19,244 nucleotides of DNA. Source: Bdellovibrionota bacterium. GTDB taxonomy: Bacteria > Bdellovibrionota_C > UBA2361 > JBGSMV01. Positions 1-8,547 of the stretch are shown here, piece after piece. The first letter of the stretch is position 1, and every line of letters begins with the position of its first letter. The notes under the pieces were generated by a model, which saw only the letters and a program-made list of their open reading frames with translations, was not told the origin of the DNA and did not search any database. The position numbers and the translations under genes were made by a program. The DNA lies in NCBI GenBank assembly GCA_044356455.1, contig JBIKWF010000086.1, positions 1-19,244 of the forward strand, given 5' to 3'.

Positions 1-213
1 CCTGGCAATACCTAGAATGTTACAAATCTGCAGTCGAACACTCCGCGGTCTCCGTGTCTCCGCGACCTAACCCGTGTAACCCTAATCGACAAATCGGCAG
101 ACAAGTTGCTTATCCACCTCACCCTCTCTACACTTCGAAGGCACAAAGTCAGCGCCGCGGGACGTAGCGCCCCCGGGTGCTCTAAGCCGCACACGAATCA
201 GAGGGACATCACC

Positions 214-488
214 ATGACTCAAGGAACAACTCTCTATTGTATCGGCGGGGGAAAAGCATTGGATCCCCGAATGGTTGAGCACTACTCATACGTAATAGAC
301 CTGGCTTGGGAATTGACGAGTTTGTAGGTCTCGAAATTCGAGATGGTCTGTGCACGGTAAGAAGCCCAAGTGCCGACAAAGGCGCTTACCTATTGGCCAA
401 TGATAATGGATCTATCAGACGTAGAAAGATTGAAGGCACAATCAATCTTACAGACCCTAGTGCTGTAATTGACTATTTGCGGGGGTAA
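214..488 (+). pseudogene. Small hypothetical gene apparently split by a frameshift (214-327 and 306-488)
   Basis: SD-like GAGGGA at 201-206 precedes ATG 214. The frame ends at 327 while an overlapping frame (306-488) continues with protein-like composition. The joined product would be about 90 aa. Confidence 0.35.
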
Positions 489-560
489 CAGGTTTTTCTC
501 GCTCACACGAGTGAGAGCTTCCTAACATTAAGTGCTTGCTGTGTACTATCGAGGAATCGC

Positions 561-1115
561 ATGACACACGCCTTAGTAATCGGTGGTACCGGCATGTTAC
601 GTGGTGCAAGCCTAGAACTTGCACGCTCATTCCAAACTGTTTCGGTAGTAGCTCGTTCGGAATCAGATCTACTTCAAATGCACGCAGAGAACTCAAGGAT
701 CTTCCCCGTTTGCGTGGATTATACCCAATCTGGAAAGCTTCTTGATGCCATTAATCACTCAGTCGCCTTAAACGGCGCAATTATGCTGGTAATTTGCTGG
801 GTACATGACACCGCCCCCGAGGCGCCGTTCATGGTGGCCGAGTTAATTAACACGAATAAGCATGCATGCGAGTTTTATCATGTCCTCGGAAGCGCGGATG
901 GCGAACCAGGAAGTGAGGCTGCTCGGCAGAGCGCCAAGTTTAATTCTTTGCCTTTTGTCTCATACCGTCAGGTAGTTTTGGGATTTGTCATCGAGGGTAC
1001 TTATTCTCGATGGCTCTCGAATGACGAAATTTCATCTGGAACCATTCATGCGGTGAGGAGTAAGGCGCCTCACTCTATAGTTGGCGTAATCCGGCCGTGG
1101 AACAAACGCCCTTAA
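561..1115 (+). CDS. Short-chain dehydrogenase-like Rossmann-fold protein (short atypical SDR)
   Basis: N-terminal HALVIGGTGML nucleotide-binding motif, plus VSVVARS, HVLGSA, YRQVVLGFV and SRWLSNDEIS, as recalled for the small PRK08309-like SDR family. SD GAGGA upstream. Confidence 0.85.
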   Translation: MTHALVIGGTGMLRGASLELARSFQTVSVVARSESDLLQMHAENSRIFPVCVDYTQSGKLLDAINHSVALNGAIMLVICWVHDTAPEAPFMVAELINTNKHACEFYHVLGSADGEPGSEAARQSAKFNSLPFVSYRQVVLGFVIEGTYSRWLSNDEISSGTIHAVRSKAPHSIVGVIRPWNKRP

Positions 1116-1146
1116 AGCACCACTCCCACGTGAATCCGCACTTAAG

Positions 1147-1164
1147 CTGAGCACGGCTCAGTTT
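1147..1164 (+). terminator. Weak hairpin / possible terminator after the SDR gene
   Basis: CTGAGC-acg-GCTCAG stem followed by only TTT. Confidence 0.25.
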
Positions 1165-1495
1165 CAGATTGAGCGCGAACACGAAGGGGGAAAAGAAGTT
1201 TTTCAGAGGCTCCATAAATAAGAGTTTCTCGCAGAGCACGACGAACGGCCACCACCCGCCCAGGTTTTTGATTGTAAGAAGCACGTTGCCTCTACCAAAT
1301 CATCAACTCTTTGAATTCTAAGCCTCCCCATCCCTCCTCTTAGGCCTAGAGCTGCGAATTTCTTTCAGTCCTTACGCACCACGGCGGCACCAATATCGTC
1401 GTCGTCCTTGATTTTCGCAGGTCATAAACTGCTTGAGAATCTTACTCATTCTGTCGTCCGTACTAGCGTGGATCTCTAAAGTAATTTAGGCAGTT

Positions 1496-2806
1496 GTGGT
1501 TATCTCGATAAATCAAAATATCAGTTCGCTTCGCGTTCAGCGCTCCTTAAGCGCCGCGACGGGCTCGTTGTCGAGAAATCTGGAGCGCGTTTCCTCAGGA
1601 CAGCGCATCAACCGCGCAAGCGACGATGCGGCAGGTCTTGCTATCGCAGAATCCCTGAAGTCAAGATCGAAGCTCTACGACACCGCAAGCCGCAATATCA
1701 ACGACGGAATATCAGCTCTTAACATTGCTGGCTCTGCACTCGATCTTCAGATTGGAATTCTCCAGCGACTGAGCGAACTTGCTGAGCAATCCGCAAACGG
1801 CACCTACAGCGACGCACAGCGCGCGAGCACGAATACTGAGTACCAGGCTCTTGTGAAAGAGTTTGGACGCACCGGAGATACGGCGAGCTTCAATGGACTC
1901 TCCCTGCTTCTTGCAGGGCGGCCTAGGCAGAGTTCCGCAATTAATCTGCAAACTGGGATTGATGGGCGAAGCTCCTCGAATCTTTCCGTGAGCACGGGCA
2001 ATAGCGGAACTTTAAGCGGAACTATTTATGCGTCTAGTCTGCTGGGTTCTGGGGTAACTCTCCTTCTGGGAGCACAGTCTAGCTTCGATGAACTTAGCAC
2101 CGCAAGGCAGGGCCAGGTGCTAAAGACCTCGCTTCGTGATGATTCCGGCACGGAACGTGAAGTGCTTCTTGTCGCCAATTATGACGGCAACTCGGGCCAG
2201 TATTCCTTCTCAGCCTACCTAAAAAACTCTGATATTGGGCCGGATGGCTATATCTACGGAGGCGAGAATCCCGCAGTTTCCGGCCAAGACAAATATCAGT
2301 ATGTTGCCTCTATCAATATCGCAGTCGACGCAAACGGCAGGCCCACAAGCTCCAACCTCGCCGCAACCTTTGGGTTTAACCAAGAAACGATTAGCGGAAC
2401 ACTCAACCTTGATGTGAGCGGGTTAGTCTTTGCACGCTCGGCGACTCCTGCTGCCGCGCAAATTCTGACAGGGAACGTTGCAGGTTCAACTGCACTTGAA
2501 CTCTCGGGCGTAGAGAATGTCACGCGCGCCCGCGCTGCCCTAACTCTGGTGCAGGCGAGGCTTTCTAGTCTTTCTACTCTGCAGGGACAATTCGGAGCTG
2601 CCAGAAGTAGGTTGGAAAGTAATCTCAATGTGGCGGCCGTATCCAAGGAGAATACGCTGGCTGCTGAGTCCCGCATTAGAAATGTAGACATCGCCGAAGA
2701 ATCTGCCCAGCTCACCGCCTCTCAAATCAGACAGCAAACGGCGGCCCAAGTTCTTGCCCAAGCAAACACGCAGCCGAATCTTGCTCTTCAGCTCCTTAGA
2801 ATTTAG
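1496..2806 (+). CDS. fliC: Flagellin
   Basis: Conserved N-terminus (INQNISSL...ERVSSGQRINRASDDAAGLAIA...RNINDGIS...QRLSELAEQSANGTYS), conserved C-terminus (FGAARSRLE...AAESRIRNVDIAEESAQL...QVLAQAN..P..ALQLL) and a variable central domain. GTG start. Confidence 0.96.
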   Translation: MVISINQNISSLRVQRSLSAATGSLSRNLERVSSGQRINRASDDAAGLAIAESLKSRSKLYDTASRNINDGISALNIAGSALDLQIGILQRLSELAEQSANGTYSDAQRASTNTEYQALVKEFGRTGDTASFNGLSLLLAGRPRQSSAINLQTGIDGRSSSNLSVSTGNSGTLSGTIYASSLLGSGVTLLLGAQSSFDELSTARQGQVLKTSLRDDSGTEREVLLVANYDGNSGQYSFSAYLKNSDIGPDGYIYGGENPAVSGQDKYQYVASINIAVDANGRPTSSNLAATFGFNQETISGTLNLDVSGLVFARSATPAAAQILTGNVAGSTALELSGVENVTRARAALTLVQARLSSLSTLQGQFGAARSRLESNLNVAAVSKENTLAAESRIRNVDIAEESAQLTASQIRQQTAAQVLAQANTQPNLALQLLRI

Positions 2807-2833
2807 GCCCTAGATTTTAGGCAGCGCACTACT

Positions 2834-4924
2834 CTATTTTTTCGATTTTGGATCGAGAGGTTTCTCAGGAGGAGTTGCGGGCTTATCTGCCACCGGCTTA
2901 GGCAAAGCGGTAACAGTCCCTCGAGGTCTTCCGCCTCGCGGCATAATACTAAGCTTAAATGGCGCCGAAGGATCAGGCAGATCTTTCTTAGGTTCTACCG
3001 ACTCTTTCTTCTCTCCCCCACCCTGAGGCCCATTTCCCGGCGAAGAATGAGAATAACCCCCGGAAGGTCCCGTACCAGGTCTGCCTGATGCCATAACATC
3101 ATCTTGTTCTTGCGAAAGAATTTGCTCATCAACCCACTCAGCTAAACCGATTTCATCGTCTTCTAGTTTTTCAAGGTGCGTAATAAACTCACGCCCTTCC
3201 CAAGTCTCAGGAAGCTCGGCATTGAACCAAGAGCTTCTTCCCTTCACGATTTTACCGTTACCAAGATCAAACCACGCCAGACCTTTCTCGGCCGACATTT
3301 CATGTTTTAGCTCTTCGGCGCTCACCAAATCTTCTTCATCTTCAGAGAAACTAATAGAACTTGATTCTCCGCCGCTCCTACGCGCCTGAAAATCAAGCGA
3401 CCCTCGCAGCACGCTTGAACTAGTCGCGTTCATGACCCCTGCCCCAATGGACTTCTTGGTGGTGGCGACTTTTCCTATCCACTCAGTCATTTCTGCGGCG
3501 GTGCGATTATCTCCCACGCGCATCATGACTTTAAGATTTACGTTTGCCATCACACGTTCATAAAACGCTTCGCTCAGTCCAAGAGCTTGATCGGTGAGAC
3601 CGCCGGCTGATTGCGCACCGAAGAGGAGCGCAAAGCGCCCTTTTCGAGCGAGTTCAAACAAATTGGCCCACGTAGGTCCAAAGGTCGATGACCCTTCATC
3701 GATAATCACAAGATGAGGGTCTTCAAGATTATGATGACGTGAAGAGGTAATCTCACCAATGGAGACTTCCAAATCTTCACGGAACACTTTCACCATGCGT
3801 GCCGCGCTTTCAGCCTCTTCTAGCCGTGGCAGCATGAAGTAGATCATTTTACCGCGTAGAATTGCGTCGGTAAGCACCAGGTCCGTGTACTGAGTACAAA
3901 GCACTTTACCCATATCGCTCCCTGCAATGGCATGGAGCTCTGAGGCAATTCCTCGGAGGTTATCGGTGATTCGTGCGGTATCGAGCCCGCCTTTGGGGGT
4001 GCGGTAGCTTGAGGCTAAGTGCCCAAGCTCAACCATGGCCTGCCGAGCACCAATTTTGTGCAGCAGCTCACGTAGATGAGGGTAAGACAAATTGAAGGCG
4101 GAAAGTGCCACGGCGATATCGCGGATTGACCAGGCCAGGCCAAAACTCTCGAGGGCGCGCACCATACGATAAATAGAGTCAGCCGCGAGGCGATCGTAGT
4201 GCTTAGTCGTACTTTGATCGGAAGTAGGTGGAAGGCCTGCGCGGAGCACCTTGCGCGCTTTTACGTCAGGGCGCTGAGAGGTGAGCACAAAATTGTAGGC
4301 ATGCACAGAATCAAAAGGGTCAATAACAATCAAGTCCTCAATGCGCCCCGTGACCAGCGCCATAAGTATGATATGGGCAAGTGTCCCTGAGTCGCGCTTC
4401 GCGTCAATAAAGGTTAAGCCGCTCGCACGTCCACGCGCCATTTGCTGAAACATGAGCGATTCAAGCCAGAGAGTTTTACCCACACCAGTTTTGGCAAACA
4501 CGCAGGCATGTGTACAAAGGTCGTCTTCATCAATCCAAAGCGGGGCCCCGGTATCGAGTTCGAAGCCCACCAGATACTTATCAATCATGTTACGGCCCTT
4601 GGCGCGGGCCTTCGAAAGCTGCTCAGCAAAGGCGTCGCGCTGGGGCGGCATGCCGAGAACTGGTTTGCCTCCCCGCCTTTCGGACTCGTCTCCGCGCTCC
4701 TTCTCAAGCCAATATTGTTTGGCCAGCGTCGCTGCGCTTCTTCCATACATCAGAGCCGGGAGAGCACCTAAGAGCGCAAGAGCCCCTGGTCCCATCCCAC
4801 TCATGAGAGGGCTAGCCGCCACCCCCAAGGTTGCCAGGGAGGCAAGTGCACTTGAGGTCCACGCGCTAATACGCGAATCCTCTCGCAGTGAACTATGATC
4901 AGTACGCTCGTATTCACGAACCAT
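2834..4924 (-). CDS. Type IV secretion coupling protein (TraD/VirD4/DotL-TrbC superfamily ATPase)
   Basis: N-terminal hydrophobic segments, THACVFAKTGVGKT Walker A variant, FIDAKRD, GRIEDLIVID, IIDEG Walker B, FELARKGRFALLFGAQS and ANVNLKVMMRVGDNRTA. Low-complexity C-terminal tail. Confidence 0.9.
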   Translation of the reverse strand: MVREYERTDHSSLREDSRISAWTSSALASLATLGVAASPLMSGMGPGALALLGALPALMYGRSAATLAKQYWLEKERGDESERRGGKPVLGMPPQRDAFAEQLSKARAKGRNMIDKYLVGFELDTGAPLWIDEDDLCTHACVFAKTGVGKTLWLESLMFQQMARGRASGLTFIDAKRDSGTLAHIILMALVTGRIEDLIVIDPFDSVHAYNFVLTSQRPDVKARKVLRAGLPPTSDQSTTKHYDRLAADSIYRMVRALESFGLAWSIRDIAVALSAFNLSYPHLRELLHKIGARQAMVELGHLASSYRTPKGGLDTARITDNLRGIASELHAIAGSDMGKVLCTQYTDLVLTDAILRGKMIYFMLPRLEEAESAARMVKVFREDLEVSIGEITSSRHHNLEDPHLVIIDEGSSTFGPTWANLFELARKGRFALLFGAQSAGGLTDQALGLSEAFYERVMANVNLKVMMRVGDNRTAAEMTEWIGKVATTKKSIGAGVMNATSSSVLRGSLDFQARRSGGESSSISFSEDEEDLVSAEELKHEMSAEKGLAWFDLGNGKIVKGRSSWFNAELPETWEGREFITHLEKLEDDEIGLAEWVDEQILSQEQDDVMASGRPGTGPSGGYSHSSPGNGPQGGGEKKESVEPKKDLPDPSAPFKLSIMPRGGRPRGTVTALPKPVADKPATPPEKPLDPKSKK

Positions 4925-4948
4925 AGAAATCCAATATCTCGTTCACTC

Positions 4949-7030
4949 TTAACGCGAAAGCGGAGGCACGGGACCCGGCTGAGTCCCCATATCCGCCTCT
5001 TCGTTTGGAAGCTCTTCTTCAGCTCCCTTTAGGAACTTCTCAAGCTGCTCAGGCGTCACCGCCATTTTGGCTCGCGTAGCTCTCACAAATTTAAGCGACC
5101 ACTGCTTTCCAAACTCATCGATGAGCCTTGTTGCCCTGAGCGGAACCATCCCGCGCGCGCCAAGCAGCCCTAGTTCGTTGCACTCGGGTGTTCTCTGCTC
5201 AAGCTTGAGAGCAACAAAAATAAGCGAGCTGGGAGGCACCGTATAGTCACCCACGCGGCGCGCCAGCCAGCCGAACATTTGTAGTACGACCCGTAGCGCA
5301 GACCAATCTTTCACCACATCCATTGAGACCGTATGATCCCGGGCGAGATCTTTAACTTCAGAAAATGTCAGAGGTGCTACCACATGTTCCTGCACTGCCC
5401 GAGAAAATTTTTCTCCATCTGCATCGCCTAAGTCGGAGGAGAGAAAATCAAGCCGCTGCTTCTGATTGACCAGTTGCACGAGCTGCTCAATCCGGCGAAG
5501 CCTTTCGGGCGGAACAATCTCACGCAAGATGCGCACGACCGAATGAACTGGGACAAGGAGCAGATTGGAAAGGGTGGAGAAGGCGCCATCTAAGCCGCCT
5601 CTCTGCTGACCTCGAAGCATCTCTGCAAGATGTTCGGCCCAGGCGTCATGCGCTTCAGTTACAAGACCAAGCAGCTCGACTTCTGCAGCTGAGCTTGAAA
5701 GTTCATGAGGGCAGCACAAAAGCAGTTCTGCCCATTGGCGCGCAGCTCGGGCAGGACCACTCAAATCGACAGGAAGGCGCACCGCTGCGAAGCTACTACG
5801 GCGAGACCCGTAAATGATGGCTCTGCGGATGAGGGTTCTCTCTGCGGTGGTGTAGTCGCGGCTATACGCCGCGATTGAGTGCACAATCGCCCTTGCGGAA
5901 AGCTGCGGGAAATTGGACTTGCGGAGCCACTTTCCGCCCTCAAATCCAATTGCCATGACTTTACCTGCCTCGAGCCCAAGTATGATGGTCGCAATCTGAG
6001 CCGCTGGAATTTTCTGGATCTCTGAGATTAATAATGGAGAAAGCACATTGGCGGCCGCGATGCGAATTCTCTGCGCGTAGGTCTCTGAAGTATCCTTGGC
6101 GCTTGTAGCCCCGGCTGCTACCGCTGGTTCCTTTTCCTTTGCTAAATCATCGCCCCTTCCACGCTCACAAATCTCCGCGTGGAGCGCGAGCAGCGCCTTT
6201 AAAAGTTCTGAAGTATTCTTTACAAGACCAGATCCCTTGAACGCCGCATCGAGCTTAGGCCCTTCATCACGCTCGGCGACATAGGGCTGGTGGTCGGGAT
6301 ACTTTAATAGGATTGCAATCAGGGAGAGATTAGTAAGGTTCGATGCCCCAAACTGAGTAAGGGTCGCTGCCATCTCGGACTTCTGAGCTTCTTCAACCGA
6401 AACCGAGGGAGGACAGGCTAAACCCACGACTTGGGACCCAGGACGTCCCTCATGATCTACTTCATCGAGACTGGCCCTAATCCCCGAGTAGAATACTCGT
6501 CCATTGCCAGTTTGGCCCAGCATGTCGTCCTTTTGGTAAGGCCGCCAAGCGCCCTTCGCCCAATAGAAAGCGCCCCCGATAACAAGCACCCAAAGCTTCC
6601 AGCAGGCGAGAATGATAAAAAGAATTCTTAGAGCAGCGAAATGTAGCGAAACAAGAAGACTGGTGAGAAACGAAATTGCCCCCTGGTCACCAGAAAGAGA
6701 ATTCGCGGAACGAAAGAGGGCCGTTGAACTGCGCTGAAAAAAACGCGACTCGAACCAAAAGCCATAGCTCTCAAGCCAGGCGCGATACTCATCTTGTCGC
6801 TCAACGAACTCTTCAGACCACTCAGCACCGCTTAAAGCCAAGGTTTGCCGTGCGATAGAAAATTCGCGCGCGTCCCCGCCCTGTCCCCAATAGAGTCCTA
6901 CGAAAAAGAAGAGAACGAGGCCCGCACCAAGCACCATCACGACGCGCGACCAAAGTCCCGTGCCACCGCGCCTGAGCTTGGCCAAATCTTTGCGGTGCTG
7001 CCTATTAATACTGTCTGCGTTTAGTGCCAA
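4949..7030 (-). CDS. Large inner-membrane hypothetical protein, probable coupling-protein partner (DotM/TrbA-like candidate)
   Basis: 693-aa ORF with TTG start after AGAGG. About three N-terminal TM segments precede a large soluble domain. It lies 24 bp upstream of the coupling protein on the same strand. Confidence 0.75.
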   Translation of the reverse strand: MALNADSINRQHRKDLAKLRRGGTGLWSRVVMVLGAGLVLFFFVGLYWGQGGDAREFSIARQTLALSGAEWSEEFVERQDEYRAWLESYGFWFESRFFQRSSTALFRSANSLSGDQGAISFLTSLLVSLHFAALRILFIILACWKLWVLVIGGAFYWAKGAWRPYQKDDMLGQTGNGRVFYSGIRASLDEVDHEGRPGSQVVGLACPPSVSVEEAQKSEMAATLTQFGASNLTNLSLIAILLKYPDHQPYVAERDEGPKLDAAFKGSGLVKNTSELLKALLALHAEICERGRGDDLAKEKEPAVAAGATSAKDTSETYAQRIRIAAANVLSPLLISEIQKIPAAQIATIILGLEAGKVMAIGFEGGKWLRKSNFPQLSARAIVHSIAAYSRDYTTAERTLIRRAIIYGSRRSSFAAVRLPVDLSGPARAARQWAELLLCCPHELSSSAAEVELLGLVTEAHDAWAEHLAEMLRGQQRGGLDGAFSTLSNLLLVPVHSVVRILREIVPPERLRRIEQLVQLVNQKQRLDFLSSDLGDADGEKFSRAVQEHVVAPLTFSEVKDLARDHTVSMDVVKDWSALRVVLQMFGWLARRVGDYTVPPSSLIFVALKLEQRTPECNELGLLGARGMVPLRATRLIDEFGKQWSLKFVRATRAKMAVTPEQLEKFLKGAEEELPNEEADMGTQPGPVPPLSR

Positions 7031-7508
7031 GAAAACCTCTTACGAATCTAACGGAGACCGTCCCCACTCGACGCCAGCAACCTTCCCTGGGAGCTACTCA
7101 AGAAACCCAAGGAGCAACATCAAGAGCCCCCCGCGCGCTCCCGCCAACGTGGAAGGAACTCTACCACGAAGTACTGGTCTATGCTGCCAGTGCAATCGTG
7201 AGATCTAGAGGGCCGCCTCTTCAGGGGGCCAAGTCCTCAAATTATCTCGCCACGACAATATATATAGGACAAGAGAGCTTCGCTCTCCCTGGTCTTTACT
7301 CACACAGGCCGCCTCACTCCCCCCTCTTTTTAAAAGAAAGACCGAACTACTGCGGCACGAAATTTAGAGAACCACCCATAACGGAATTGGAATGTTGGAG
7401 GGCGAAGCCCTATCCACAGCGGTCCAGGCCAAGCTCACGCGCGGCCTAGGTGTCGCAACATACTGATTTTACTGACAGATTCTGTCTGTCCTCAGGAGGA
7501 ATGGGATC
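7031..7508. promoter_or_regulatory. Divergent intergenic control region between the coupling operon and the secretion-apparatus operon
   Basis: About 480 bp between divergent starts. Contains an AT-rich stretch (ATATATATA near 7258-7266), short palindromes at 7273-7287, 7325-7337 and 7474-7486, and SD AGGAGGA at 7494-7500. Confidence 0.55.
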
Positions 7509-7970
7509 ATGAAGCGTGTCACTTTGGTTAGTCTTGTAGCCTTGTCCCTGCTGCTTAGCGCACCGGTCGCCTTTGCCGATGGATACTCCCCTGAGGGAGA
7601 TTCCCAAGCCCCGAGTGCCGCCGACGCTGCTAACTCATCAAAACAACTAGATAAAAATGCTAATTCTCCGCGCGCTTCAATGGACGAAGCGGCCATGCTT
7701 GGCCAAGTTGGGGAAGAGGAAAAGGCCGCCGCGGTTGGCCACTACGCCCGCGCCAGGTCCCTTCTCATTGCCGCTCTTAGAGAGTTTGACCAGGGCTATA
7801 AGCTAGCGAAACCAGACGCAATTATTGATTCCAAGCAATGGCGAGATGACCTTATCTCGCGTGCTGAGGATTTAGAGCGAGTTCTCGCTCCTCAGGCCCG
7901 GGCAAGCAAGTTTGGTGTCAAGTATGACGCTGACCCACGGCTCCTTGGGGCGGCCTCAGAAGCAAAGTAG
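7509..7970 (+). CDS. Exported hypothetical protein (Sec signal peptide, helical C-terminal half)
   Basis: Strong SD. Signal peptide MKRVTLVSLVALSLLLSAPVAFA with an AxA cleavage site. Hydrophilic mature part. Confidence 0.8.
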   Translation: MKRVTLVSLVALSLLLSAPVAFADGYSPEGDSQAPSAADAANSSKQLDKNANSPRASMDEAAMLGQVGEEEKAAAVGHYARARSLLIAALREFDQGYKLAKPDAIIDSKQWRDDLISRAEDLERVLAPQARASKFGVKYDADPRLLGAASEAK

Positions 7971-8085
7971 GACTGAAGCAAACGAGGGCAGACCGCGGAT
8001 ATGTGTGCTGAGAACGAGGAGTTAGGTCTTTCTTCGCTCTCATAGGGCATTAGGAACAAGGCTAAGGAATATCGGAGTACGCGAA

Positions 8086-8493
8086 ATGGACAATGGCGAA
8101 GTCATCCCAGGCCTCAATGAGGACTGGACCCTTGGAGGAGCAAAGCTCTCCGAATGGGTCGGTGGCTTCATGATGTTCATTATCGCTTCGGAGTTGTTCT
8201 TTACGAACGTTGGTAAAGCCATGCCCCAGCTGATGGCAATTTTTATCGGCGGAACTTTTGGTATGGCAGCGCTCCGAAGAATTTATCCCGACGAGGAACG
8301 CGGGATCCGCAATGCGGCCATGACGGCCATGGGAATTCCCCCTCCGGGCATTCCAGCACCGGCGGTGATCCAACCATATTGGAGCGGCGCGCCAATGCGG
8401 GAGATGGATGAGACGACAGAGTTTAAGGCCCTGTCGCTCGATTTACTCTTCGAGACTAGCGAAGAAGGGGATTCGAAAGAATCGGAAAGTTAA
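8086..8493 (+). CDS. traL: TraL/VirB3-like small membrane protein
   Basis: 135 aa with two TM segments, an IPGLNEDWTLGG N-terminal motif and a Pro-rich C-terminus (GIPPPGIPAP). Lies directly upstream of the TraE-like gene. Confidence 0.55.
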   Translation: MDNGEVIPGLNEDWTLGGAKLSEWVGGFMMFIIASELFFTNVGKAMPQLMAIFIGGTFGMAALRRIYPDEERGIRNAAMTAMGIPPPGIPAPAVIQPYWSGAPMREMDETTEFKALSLDLLFETSEEGDSKESES

Positions 8494-8547
8494 AGGTCGC
8501 TAATTTTTTGTTCGATTGGTTTTTTGGTTGATTGAGGTTTGAGGGAT

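Noticed and set aside
1075..1284. 69-aa minus-strand ORF between the SDR gene and flagellin
   Set aside because: Overlaps the SDR 3' end, has no family motif and is probably a chance ORF.
1477..1510. Possible sigma-28 promoter (TAAAG ... CTCGATAA)
   Set aside because: The spacing is too long and the -10-like element lies inside the flagellin CDS.
7024..7449. 141-aa ORF (and 6960-7208) in the divergent intergenic region
   Set aside because: No SD, no recognisable motif and atypical composition. It overlaps the start and promoter of the opposite-strand gene.
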